Origin: Leucoraja ocellata
Taxonomy: Eukaryota
Direction: 5' to 3'
DNA length: 64,000 nucleotides
Assembly: GCA_036785375.1 (NCBI GenBank)
Contig: JAWMAR010000471.1
Location: 496,001 to 560,000 of the forward strand
In this document: positions 25,678-39,100 of the stretch, piece after piece
Position numbering within the stretch: position 1 is the first letter of the stretch
Layout: each line of letters opens with the position of its first letter
Made by a program: the position numbers and the translations under genes
The notes under the pieces: model-generated
What the model saw: only the letters and a program-made list of their open reading frames with translations
Databases searched by the model: none
What the model was told of the DNA's origin: nothing

Positions 25678-26591
25678 TGAACCTGTTGGCGATTGTGATC
25701 CTGTCGCGCAGAAATTGTGGTCTCTCCAAATGCACCACTCGGTACCTGGTGGCCATGGCGACGGCGGACCTCTCGGTGATTGTCTGCGAAGTGATATTAC
25801 ATCGGATTGCCGACCTTTACTGGTGGGACACATTCTTACTCCACAATACTGTGTGCAGGTCCATTATGTTCCTCGCTCCCGCGGCCGTTGCCTGTTCTGT
25901 TTGGCTCACGGTCGCTTTCACATTTGATCGCTTTGTGGCCATTTCCACTCAGAATCTGAGAACCAGATACTGCACGGAGAGAACCGCGCTGGTGGTTATA
26001 GTGACCCTAACTGCGTTCTTCTGTTTACTGAACGTCCCCTGGCCGTTTGCGTACAATTATCATGTCAGGGATCAGCAGGGTATACAGTGGGGTTGCCTAA
26101 TAAGATATCACTTCTATAGCCTATCCTCGTGGATAGCATTTTCCTGGACTCAACAGCTGCTTGTCCCAGTCATTCCATTTTGTTTAATTATGCTGATGAA
26201 CGTGCTCACAGTTAGACGAATTTTAGTGGCCAGTCGTGTCCGCAGAAAACTCCGCGATCTCAGTAATGAGGACCCCGAGATCGCAAACCGCAGAAGGTCT
26301 GTAATTTTACTCCTTGCAATCTCCAGCAGTTTTATGGTGCTCTGGAGCACAAATGTAGTATATTTCGTTTTCTATCGAATTACGAATGCATTTCGGGCCA
26401 GGGGGTTGATGAACCGATTTCCAACATTTGAACAAACTGGAATTCTGCTACAACTGTTGAGCACCTGCACAAACACGGTCATTTACACCGTGACCCAGAG
26501 GAGGTTCAGAGAGCATCTGCTCCAGGTACTCATGTACCCCTTCACCCTAGCTGTAAGTTTAATAAAATCGAGAAAACCTGGTGTAAAATAA
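25678..26591 (+). CDS. GPCR copy 2, exon 2, GPR139/GPR142-like 7TM receptor, intact
   Basis: Acceptor tttccag at 25677; open frame paralogous to copy 1 with the same length. Confidence 0.92.
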
Positions 26592-29500
26592 CATTATATT
26601 ACTAATCCCACCGTGAGTCAGTGCAAAAACTAGGTAATGAAGGAGTTTTGTCTGAAAGCTTTCCGCATAAATTTTCAAAAACATAGCTGAGAAATACAAT
26701 CTGAACCTGCGTCCCCTGCACTGGAATGCATATTTGGCCATCTATTTAACATGCAACACGGGCGCGTTGTTCAAAGTGCCTAGTGGGAAGGGCGGCCATG
26801 TGGAACGAGTGCTATGTTGTACTGTAGCAGACCTCCAATGACTCCGGAATTGAGCCTCGCCGTTAACTGTTTCCACCTTCCTTTGAATCCAGGGGCAACG
26901 TCTCCAGCACGCAATGAAAACAGACAGAGAGTTATGGTCCTAAACATTGCATGCTCCATTTCTCTACAATTCTTTGAGACGTTCCATGTTTACGTATGTA
27001 AATGCCCAGTGCACCAATGTGTTTAATACAATTCTTCCTGCAACATTTTAATTCAATTCAATACAATTCAATTCAATTCAATTAAATTCAATTCAACTTT
27101 ATTGTCATTGCACAGATACAAGTATGGGTACAACGAAATGCAGTTTAGCTTCAGTCCGTAGTAATAGTGCAATATAGAAATAAAACATACAGAATAAGCA
27201 AACAATGCGGACGGAGAGACTGGAGAAATCTATCGGCGGGACTCCGAGTTCAGCAATGTGATAGTGTTCTTGTAGAAGCTGTTCCTCGTCCTACTAGTAC
27301 GAGACCCGAGGCTCCTGTACCGCCTCCCTCATGGGAGGTGGGCAAACAGTCCATGGTTAGGGTGGGAGGGGTCTTTGATGAACTTCCCGGCCCGTCTCAG
27401 ACACCGTTTTCGGTGCAGGGCATCCATGGCAGGGAGCGGGGCACCGATGATATACTGAGCGGTTTTCACCACCCGTTGTAGTGCCTTCCTGTCCGCTACG
27501 GTGCAACTGCTGTACCATACCGTGAAGCAGGTGATCAGGATGCTTTCGATGGTACAGCGGTACGTTAATGAGAGTTCCATTTTATATTTGTTTCTCGTAC
27601 TGAATGTAATGCCCCGTTGCTTCTTACAGATGCGTTCGGTTTTCAGTACAATTAGTAATTCAGTGCCAGATGCAGCCAAAGGTAGTGAGTGGGTGTTATT
27701 CATACAAGTTGGCATTACTAATTATATTTTAATGCAAGCAATGAGTAACAAGCGAGTGTCCAGTAGAGGGCGGTAAAGTGAGTAAGTTCACCTGAATGGT
27801 AAAGAGATGCTGAATCGATTTGCATTAATGTCCCACCTCCATTGATGCAGCGCCGACGTTGGAGCTCTGCCTATTGGAAATTCGAGTGAGTGCTCACAGT
27901 CGGATTTATTTCCTCCAGCAGGGCAAGGAAATGTGAGAAATTCATTAATTTATTTTCTTCACCGATGGCGGCTGAGATTTGTATAGGTCCAAATTTGAGT
28001 TGAGTACTCTCTCCCCAAATCCTCCGCTCCCGACGTGGTAACGGTTACATTTTTACATATTCTGATTGACATTTTCCCTCTCGAGGCCGAAAATACCTTC
28101 GCTGAACATGTTATGCTTTATTTCTCGACATTACTGATTAAAGTAAAAAAAAAAATCAAAAGACTGAATTGAAAACGACTAGCTTCAACTGGTGACGTCA
28201 CAATGGCTCGGCTAGCAGTGATCAGCTTCACTTACGTTCGGGAACGGCTTGAGTTGGGGGACCACGCCTCCTGTGGGGGCTACGGGTAGGGAACGGGTGC
28301 GTTGGGGGAGCAGACCCTATCGTAGCCTCTCATAACGTTATATACTATATTTAAGAGGGAGTTAGATGTGGCCCTTGTGGCTAAGGGGATCAGGGGGTAT
28401 GGGGAGAAGGCAGGTACGGGATACTGAGTTGGATGATCAGCCATGATCATATTGAATGGCCGTGCAGGCTCGAAGGGCCGAAAGGCCTACTCCTGCACCT
28501 AATTTCTATGTTTCTATGTTTCTATGTTTCTATACTTCAACCAGATCTTCCTGCAATCTCCGACATTCCAGTGGGAAAGAATCCAAATATGACCAATCTC
28601 TCCCTGCACCGCTAATCCAGCCACCACTCCGGTAAATGAGCAACTGCGACTCCAAAACACGCTGTTCTTATTAAAGGTGTCCATCTTGCTTAGTTGGCAA
28701 AGACATTCACTAATGACTTTATTACTGGTCACCAATTAGTACAGCGTGCTAGCTTAGTTAGTTTACATTAGTTCATGATAGGCGTCTACAGGGTAGACTG
28801 TCAGAACTTTGATTTTCCCAACGGTCGGTTCTAACCGGGATGGCTGGTCTGGCAGATGTTGAAATAATGGAGTGACTGGGCTTGATATATTGGAATTTAG
28901 AAGGATGAGAGGGATTCTTTTTGAAACATATAATGTTATTGAGGGTTTGGACGCGCTCGAGGCAGGAAACATGTTCCCGATGTTGGGAGAGTCCAGAACC
29001 AGGTACACGGTTTAATAATAAGGGGTAAGCCATTTAGATGGAGATGCCGAAACAAATGTTCACACATAGAGTACTGAGTCTGTGGAGGCCGGTTCTCTGG
29101 ATACTGTCAAGGGTGAGCTAGATAGGTCCCTTAAAGATAGTGGAGTCAGGGGAAAAGGGGAGAAGACAGGAACGGGGTACTGTTGTGGATGATCAACCTT
29201 GATCACATTGAATGTCGGTGGTGGCTCGAAGGGCCGAATGGCCTACTCCTGCACTTATTGTCTATTGAAAAGCAGCTTATCAGCTAATTTCCAACTGTAT
29301 CATATCTGCAGGACCTTCTCTCTCCGCTTCCAGACCCATAAACTAATTTATTGCACAAACACATGTGTTACTTTTTAAGCTAGGGTGCTCTCTCGCTTGC
29401 TAAATAGCCTACACCTTATACTTAAACTGTGGTCCCTAGGCCTGGACCCTCTCAACATCGAGAACATGGTTCCTGCCTCAAACGTGCCCAATCCCTTAAT

Positions 29501-32500
29501 AATATTTTATGTTTCAAAAAGAGCTAATCTCAGCATACTAAATTCCAGTGTATACAAGCCCAGCCGCTCCGTTATATCCACATATGACAGTCCCGCCATC
29601 CCGGGAATTAACCTCGTGAACCTACGGTGCACTTCTTCAATAGCAAGAATGTCGTTCCTCAAATCTGGAGACCGAAACTGCACACAATACTCCTGGTGTG
29701 GCCTCACTAGGGCCCTGCACAACTGCAGAATGGCCTCTTTACTCCAATACCCAATTCCTCTTGTTATGAAGGCCAACGTGCAATTAGCTTTCTTCACTGC
29801 CTGCTGTACCCGCATGCTTATTTTCAGTGTGTGATGAACAAGGACACCAAGTGATACCCATCACCTTCTCAAGTGCAAAAGTTTCCCTCCCGTTCCTGTT
29901 AAACATTTCCCCTCTCACCTTTAACCTAATTACTCTGGTTCTTGATTCTCCAACTCTGGGTAAAGGACAAGATACAATATACATTTACTTGTCTCATGTA
30001 CCAGTTGGTACAGTGAAATGTGTGGTCAACATACAGCCATACAATAAAATAAAGAACACAGCACACGATAGAGTCCAACATAAAACATCCCCACACAGCA
30101 GAATAAAGTTTCCCACTGTGATTCACGTGTGATTCACGTTGTCCAATCCGCTAATGACTTCATACACTCTGCCTCGTGCGCCCAAGGAACATAGGCTCAA
30201 GATATCAGAGATCCGCTGTGCACACAGGCCCTTCGTCCCACACAATCTGCGCTTACCATCGATCACCCCATACAGTAGCACTCTACTACAAGCTGGAAAC
30301 AATTTACTATTTATAGACATTAAAAATAAACTATATTTCTGTACGTGCTTCGAGTCTGGGAGGAAACCGGAGCACGCGGAGAAAACCCAGGCAGTCATCA
30401 GAATCAGAATCGGAATCAGAATTATGTGTATTGTCATTTTAAAGTAGGTTCGGACGAAATTACGTTCCTGCAGACAGAACAACAACAACAAAACACACAC
30501 AATTAGCACAATTCCACACAAACATCCATCACATTGAATCTCCAAACACCTCCTCATTGTGATGGAAGGCAAAGGTCTCATCTCTTCCCTGTTCTCTGTT
30601 CTTTATTCTTGTCCCGCAGTCAAGCAGTCAAACTGCTGCATCAAGCTGATCGAAGCTTTTGATGTTCGAGACCCCGGCGGACGATGGTAAGTCCCGCGTT
30701 CGTTTACGCCGTGCCGGTGGATATAAGGCCCTGCTACCGATCGATTTAAACCCCTTGATTCGGGCGGGAGAAATTGCCGTTGCGCGAGCTCCGAAAAGTG
30801 GTCCCCCACAAGGGACCCGCGAGCTCCCGATGTTACCTTCCACGGGGCCTGCAGCCGGAGCCTCCGAAGCGCCGTAGTCGGGTCGCAGCCGCGCGCCACC
30901 GCAGCGTTCCGCGTACCGATGTCGGCCAGCTTCGCGATAGTGAGTCCGCAGGCTGTGCGACTGAAGCCCCAGGTCGATTCCGGTTGGAGGCCGCCGGCTG
31001 CACGATGTTAGGCCCCAACAACAACGGAGACTCGAGAGCGAAAAGGTCGAGTCCCAGAACGGGGAAGAGATTTAAAAATCCCATCTGCACCCCCCCCTCC
31101 CGCCCACATATACACAGCTAAAAATAATATAAAACTAAACCAAAACATACATCTAACAAGACAAAAAGAAAGAAAAGAGAGACAGACTGCGGAGGCCATT
31201 GCCGCGAGGCGCCGCCTTCTTGTCCAACCGTGAGAACTTGCAAAATCGTTACCGACAGTTACGACACTACGCCGCCTAATTTATTCCTAGCCTGTTCAAC
31301 CTGTCCTTTCAGCGAAGTCACTGGAGGTAGTATAGTAGAGCTATGATCTGGAACATAGAAACATAGAAACATAGAAAATAGGTGCTGGAGTAGGCCATTC
31401 GGCCCTTCGAGCCTGCACCGCCATTCGATATGATCATGGCTGATCATCCAACTCAGTATCCTGTACCTGCCTCCTCTCTATACCCCCTGATCCCTTTAGC
31501 CACACGGGCCACATCTAACTGCATCTTAAATATAGCCAATGAACTGGGCTCAACTACCTTCTCTGGCAGAGAATTCCACAGATTCACCACTCTTTGTGTA
31601 AAAAATGATTTTCTCATCTCGGTCCTAAAAGACTTCCCTCTTATCCTTAAACTATGACCCCTTGTTCAGGACTTCCCCAACATCGGGAATAATCTTCCTG
31701 CATCTAGCCTGTCCAACACCTTAAGAATTTTGTAAGTTTCCATAAGATCTCCCCTCAATCTACTAAATTCTAGCGAAGGACCAACCTTCTAGTGAAGGTG
31801 TTGTCATGTTCCTGTTGTGGAGGAATTCCCAGATTATAGCGATGTCGAGAAGTAATTCAGTACCGGATCATTGAGCAAAAACAGCAATTACGGCCTTAAG
31901 GTATTTGCACATTTGTGCAGTCGCCCATTGGGAAAGGCGCCAGGCGTATTTAAAGTGTTTAATTTTAATGCCCTAATGTGAATATCCATCAGGGGATTTA
32001 TTTCAGCAGTTGCTGTAGCTATGTATCTGGTGTCCAGTGATATATCCTGCGACACAGATGCGGATTACTCAGTAGGGCCCAATGGTGAACTACCCATCTG
32101 CATTACAGCTAATCCGCCATTTGCGGTAAATAGTTTGTTTTATTGACTTCCTATTCTTCCCGCGTCCGGGACGATTTTGCTGCTATTAGTGAAGGTCAAT
32201 CATCACCTGAAATTGGAAAGTCTGTCAGGGTGTCGGTGAAGTGGAATTGGGTAACGTAATTGTGACAATTCAGGGCCAGCCAATCCTCCATCCAGAGACA
32301 TCCTCGTTTTAATAACTAAAACTGTAAAATCTGCAGTTATTAAACAGGTTATCCAGGACTGAGAGAGAGTAAAACAGAACACACGTTTCAGATCTCTGGT
32401 CACATTTCCTACCCCGCGGTCGGCAGAACTCTTGTAATTCTCTGTAGCTAGAGGCTAATGTTATGGAAATGGATTCCGGAGAAGCAGCTCGCAGTTGGAA

Positions 32501-32615
32501 ACAATAAAACCACCAGCACACCTGCACACAATGAAAGCAAACCGACGACTGAGAGAGAACAGGAAAGCAGGCACATCCAACCGCATCAGCGGAGCAGAGA
32601 GCAAGACAAAGGCGA

Positions 32616-32653
32616 TGTTTTTGTAAGGGGCTTAACATGTTTCCATCACTGTG
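32616..32653 (-). promoter_or_regulatory. Recombination signal sequence (23-type) of V2
   Basis: CACAGTG (32653-32647), 22-nt spacer, ACAAAAACA (32624-32616). Confidence 0.93.
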
Positions 32654-32960
32654 CGCCTCAGTGCGCAGTAATAGACTGCAGAGTCGCTGAGATCCAGCCC
32701 TGAGATACTCAAGCTGGTGAACTTAGTCGCGGTATTGAGCTCAATAGAAAAACGAGTCTCAGCGTATTGGGCCATATCTTCATTGTTGCTAGTGTCTCTC
32801 CTCATAGTGAACTCGGGCTGCATGCCTGGATATTGTCGGTACCAGAATAAAACATATCCAGTCCATGTGGTATCATAGTTACAGGTTAAAGTCACCGCTT
32901 CTCCTTTTGTCTTCGTCGCCGAGGGCAGTGGCTGTGTGACAGATTCTCCGTGAATCGTGA
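32654..32960 (-). CDS. T-cell receptor alpha/delta-type variable gene segment 2 (V exon)
   Basis: Same V-set motifs as V1, open frame, ends YYCALR at the RSS; about 95% nt identical to V1 by manual comparison. Confidence 0.93.
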
Positions 32961-33078
32961 CTGTAAAATAAATATATTGAGATAGTAACAGACACCGGAG
33001 TGCCAAGAGATTGTAATTTTCAAGCCAAAATCTCACTGAGGAGGGCGAGGGGAACTGAAAATATTGATCCAGAATTAC

Positions 33079-33124
33079 CTGTCAGAAACGCACCCCACAC
33101 AACACAGATGCCGAGGAAACGCAT
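33079..33124 (-). CDS. TCR V segment 2, leader exon (MRFLGICVVWGAFLT + 1 nt)
   Basis: Paralogue of 14824-14869 at offset 18255, with intact ATG and donor. Confidence 0.88.
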
Positions 33125-36100
33125 TTTACCCGTTCACTCTGTACTAGCTGAGTTCCAAACTTGAAGAGACACGAACTGGAGCGTTTTCTCAGTCGAAGGG
33201 CGTCTGCTGGTCTCCCTGTCACTGCCCTGTGCCCCCAGCGATGTCGTCAGAGATGTGGGTGGGCAACGGGGTCTCAGCCAATTGAAATACACGTAGCCAG
33301 AATCCAGCTTCCCCCCCCCGAGAGTATTCGCATCCGCTTGAATAAACCTTGATTGAGGAAGGCATATTTGTTCTGGTAACCGGTAGTGAAGGTGCGAAGG
33401 CTGAGATTGTTAAGCGAAACAATAATAAGGTGTATATTCACAAATGGAATAGATCGGGTAAACTCACAGAGTCTCTTGGCCAGATTGGGGGGCATCGAGA
33501 AACAGAGAACATAGATTGAAGTTGAGTGGGGAGGAAGATTTAATAGAGACCAGAAGGGTGAATTTTTCATACAAAGGGGGCGGCGCATGGAACGCGCTGG
33601 CGGAGGTAGTAGTTAAGGCAGGTACAATCGCAACGTTTAAGAAGAATATTGACATGTACATGAATAGAACTGATGTTGAGGGATATGGGCGAAAAGTTGC
33701 GGGTAGGACTGGTGTGGATGGAACATGTTGGCCGGTGTGGGCATGCTGGGCCGAAGGGTATGTTTCCACGCTGTAAGACTCTATGATGCCTTGATTCTAA
33801 AAAGAAAACACCACAGTATTATCGGCATCCGTCCAAAGGCGACAGGCAGTGGTCAGATCTACAGTCGATTCGGCCCTGTCGAGAACATGGGAGTTATTAC
33901 GATGTTTTGGCGTTTTCATTGAGAAATGCACGTGGTTTCTATATGAAGTAAATTACACGCAAAGCCGGAAGGATGTGCAAGGAGCCAATTTCAATCAGTT
34001 TTCAGTTCCACTCCCCTCCATCTGCCATGTTTTGACCAATGAAATTAATTCCTGAGGACCTCACCCCACCGAGTCCACGCCAACCATCGATGACCCGATC
34101 ACTTTCGTTCCATGTTATTCCACTTTTCCATCTATTCCTCACACACTTGGTGCATGTTTACACAGGCCAATTCACCTAAAATAACCACACGTATTTTGGA
34201 TACGGGAGGAAATCAGAGCACCTGGACGATACCGACACGGTCACAGCGAGACGGGAAAACTCCACTCAGACATTACCCGAGGACAGGATTGATCCCGCAT
34301 CTCTGAAGCTTTGAGGCAGCAGCTGCGCCACTGAACCGACAAAATGTGTGATTTGTTTTATTATAAAGATTGCAGCTGGGTGATTGTTGAACTTTAACCA
34401 CAGCTAGCCGGCAAAATAGGTTTGGAATTTCCATGAGTTTCAGCAATATATCGAGTGGTCTAGTGATCTGCATTCTGCGCACCGACCGCTGCTGCCTGGA
34501 TTCGGTTCGTGGTCAGGGAGTAGGGCGGTTTATTTCTGCCTCCAGTGGAACATTATTAGACCGCGCATCGTTCACTCTGTATAGTTTCAGCGTCGCCTCC
34601 ACCACGTGAACAGTCAGCAGCTGATTATCATTAAAATAATGCACTTATGCAAAAAAAACACAAACATTATTGCTACCAACGGCTAACAATACCATAATCC
34701 CGACAGGATCAGGCGTCCAGGGCTTTCAGATACAAAATCATATTGAGATTCACATTCAAACTATATCTCCAAAATCGAAGAAAATATATGCCAACAATGG
34801 CCCACAAATCATCTTTTCGACTATGCTAACTATACAACGTGTTGTGCGTCATGTAAACTACATGTAACACTTGCTCGCGGAATGCCGTGGATATCAGGGC
34901 AGTTGGGGAGGAGCAGCCATACATTGAGAAATCGTAACATTTGGCTGGGTCTTTACATGGAAATGGTTCCGCCTTCACATACCTCGACTATGGGGAAAAC
35001 AACTGCGATTATTGTGAATTGTGGAATTATAGTACGTCACGTTTTTGAATTTCAAAATATACTTTATTCGAGAAATTAATATGTCCAATACATGATCCTT
35101 ACAAAACCCCATCCGACATTCACGGAGGCTAAGCATACATCCAATACTGTTTACACAAATCACACAATTTTACCTCCCACCTAAGTGGTCACAAGTAACA
35201 TTAGCAAATTTGCAGATGACACAAAGCTGGGTGACAGTGTGAACAGTGAGGAGGATGCGGTGAGAATGACTTCGACAGGTTGGATGAGTGGGCAGATGCA
35301 TGGCAGCAATTTAATGTGGGTAAATGTAGGATGAGCCACTTAATTAATGTGAGGTTAGCCAAGTAATTCCACATCAATGCATTTTCAACGCATTCCGATG
35401 ATTTTCCCCTAATATCTGGAATGACGTCACATGCGCCCCCCTGTCTGTTTTATTGGTAAAAACATCGCTCGAAATATAACTTTTTGATCAAGGACATTCC
35501 TTGCTGATATTTATTCCTGGTCATTTGGCACGTTATACGTTATATTTTCTTATCGTTTTCATCATGAAGTGCCAACAGGTGAAATATATTAATGCCGCTG
35601 CTGTATCCAATTGTATTCACTACCAACTGGAAAAGTCCATGTGATTTGCATCATTTAAACCGCTGCACAGGAACCATTCTCGTTTGTTTTGAACAGGAGC
35701 TCCAAGCGAAATTCAGGAAAATATTATTACTGGGTAAATGTCAAGTGAATTCAACAGTGTCTGGGAAGAGCAGTAGAAAGGTTGCAAATACAATATTACA
35801 TCGCAGCATGTGTTGATAAGTGATCACACTGTTATAAGTGATGCGTGCAGAATTAGGCCACTAGGCCCATCAAGTCTACTCTGCCATTTAATCATGGATG
35901 ATCCAACTCCCCCTCCCCCCAACCACATTATCCTGCCTTCTCCCTATAACCCCAAACACTCGTACTAATCCGGAATCTGTCTGTCTCTGCCTTAAATATA
36001 TAAATTAACGGCAACCACAGCTTGGTGTGGCAAAGAACTCCACAGATTCACCACCCATTATTTAAAGAAATTCGTCCTCCTTATTCCCAAAGTAACGCCA

Positions 36101-39100
36101 TTCTATTCTGAGGCTATGGCCTATGGTCGTAGATTCTCCCTCTAATGGAATCATCCTCTCCACGTACATTCTATGCAAACCTTTCACGATTCGGTAAGTT
36201 TCAATGTGGTCCCTCCCCGATGCTTCCAGTCTCCAGCGAGTACTGGCTCAGTGTCTTCAAATGACCAACATATTTTAACTGCCTCATTCCTGAAATCGTT
36301 GTTATAAACGTCCTCTGGACCCTCTCCGCAGCTGGCTCATCCTTCCTCAGATATGGTACCCACAATTGCTCACAATACTCCAAAGGCGAGCTGACCAGCG
36401 CCTTTGTAGTGCCTCAGTATTACATACCTGTTGTTGTATTCTTTCCCGATTGAAGTAAATGCCAGCATTGCGTTTGCCTTCTTTACTACCAATTCGATTT
36501 GCAAATTACCTGCTTTGGGAATCCTGCACTAGCCCTCTCATGTCCCTTTGCACCTTCGATTTCTTGATTCTCTCCCGATGTTTTGAAATATTCTACGCCT
36601 TCTACCAAAATGCATGACTCCACACTTTGTTACTCAATATTCCATCTGCCACTGCTCTGCCCACTCTCCAAACCTATCCAAGTCCTTATGTAAAGACCCA
36701 GCTTTCTCTCCACCACCTGTGTATGGAGCATGCTGCCGGTGAAGGTTGTTGAGGCAGGTACTGTCGCAACGTTTAAGAAATATTGCGACAGGGGCATGGA
36801 TAAGATATGTTAACATGAATATGGGCCAATCGTAGGCAGGTGGGGGTGTGCAGATGGGGTACATTTTTGATCGTGGGCAGGTTGGGCCGGGGGACTACTT
36901 TTCACGCTGTATGACACTAGAACTCTATGCCAAGATCGAAGAACAACAAGTCATGTTGAGCGTTGCCCCTTGGACAAGAGTGACCATAATATGGTTGAGT
37001 TCTTCTTTAGGATGGAGAGTGACATTTTCAATTCAGAAACAAGGATTCTGAACTTAAAGAAACGTAACTTTGAGGGTATGAAACGTGAATTGGCCGAGGT
37101 TGATTTACATTTGATTCTTAAAGGGTTGACGGTGGATATGCAATGGAAGGCATTTAAACGCTGCATGGATGAACTACAACAATTGTTCATCCCAGTTTGG
37201 CAAAAGAATAAATCAGGGAAGGTGGTGCATCCGTGGATAACAAGGGAAATCAGGATGGTATCAAAACAAAAGATGAAGCGTACAAATTAGCAAGAAAAAG
37301 CAGCCTACCAGAGGACTGGGAGAAATTTTCCAGGGCCAGATAGGCCGCATCCCAGAGTACTTAAGGAAGTAGCCCCAGAAATAGTGGATGCATTAGTGAT
37401 AATTTTTAAAAACTCCTTAGATTCTGGAGTAGTTCATGTGGATTGGAGGGTAGCTAATTTTACCGCACTTTTAAAAAAGTAGCGAGAGAGAAAACTGGGA
37501 ATTACACACCAGTTAATCTAGCATCGGTAGTGGGGAAACTGCTAGAGTCTGTTATTAAAGATGGGATAGCAGCACATTTGGAAAGTGGTGAAATCATTGG
37601 AGAAAGTCAGCATGGATTTACGAAAGGCAAATCCAGTTGAGCAGAGGAATCTGGAATAACCGTGCATAGTTCCTTGAAGGTGGAGTCTCATATAGATAGG
37701 GTGGTAAAGAAAGCTTTTGATATGCTAGACTTTATAAATCAGAGCATTGAGTATAGAAGCTGGGATGTCATGTTAAAATTGTACAAGGGATTGGTGAGAC
37801 CAAATCTGGAGTATGGTGTACAATTTTGGTCGCCCAAGTATAGGAAGGATGTCAACAAAATAGAGAGAGCACAGGGGTGATTTACTAGAATGGTGCCTGG
37901 GTTTGAACAACTAAATTACAGAAATAGGTTGAATAGGTTAGGTCTTTATTCTCTGGAGCGCAGGATAATAAGGGAGGACTTGATAGAGGTCTTTAAAATG
38001 ATGAGAGGAATATACAGAGTTGATGTGGACAAGCTTTTACCTTTGAGAATAGGGAAGATTCAAAAAAGAGGACATGATTTCAGAATTAAGGGACAGAAGT
38101 TTAGGGGTAACATGAGGGGGGACTTCTTTACTCAGAGAGTGGTAGCGGTGTGGAATGAGCTTCCAGTGGAAGTGGTGGAGGCAGGTTCGTTGGTCTCATT
38201 TAAAAATAAATTGGATAGGCATATGGACGAGAAGGGAATGGAGGGTTATGGTATGAGTGCAGGCAGGTGGGACTAAGGGAAAAAAAGTTGTTCGGCACGG
38301 AGTTGTAGGGCCGAGATGGCCAGTTTCCGTGCTGTAATTGTCATATCGTTATATGGTTATATGTCTGACGAATCTTATGGAATTTAACGAGGATGTAACT
38401 AATGGAGTGGATAAGGGAGAAACAGTGGGTGTGGACTTCCAGAAGGCTTTCGACAAGGTCCCACATAAGAGATTAGTATACAAACTTAAAGCACACGGTA
38501 TTGGGGTTTCTGTATTGATGTGGATAGAGAACTGGCTTGCAAACAGGAAGCAAAGAGTAGGAGTAAACGGGTCATTTTCAGAATGGCGGGCAATGACTAG
38601 TGGGGTACCGCAAGGCTCAGTGCTGGGACCTCAGCTATTCACAATATATATTAATGATTTGGACGAGGGAATTGAATGCAACATCTCCAAGTTTGCGATG
38701 ACACGAAGCTGGGGGGCAATGTTAGCAGTCAGGAGGATGCTAAGAGGCTGCAGGGTGACTTGGATAGGCTGGGTGAGTGGGCAAATGCACGGCAGTTGTC
38801 GTTGTCTTAATGCATTTCGTTGTCTCTGTACTGTACACTGACAATGACAATTAACATTGAATCGGAATCGGCAGATGCAATATAATGTGTATACATGTGA
38901 GGTTATCCACTTTGGTGGCGAAACCAAGAAAGTAGACTATTATCTGAATGGTAGCCGATTAGGAAAAGGGGAGATGCAACGAGACCTGGGTGTCATGGTA
39001 CACCAGTCATTTAAAGTAGACATGCAGGTGCAGCAGGCAGTGAATAAAGCGAATGGTATGTTAGCTTTCATAGCAAAATGATTTGAGTATAGGAGCAGAG

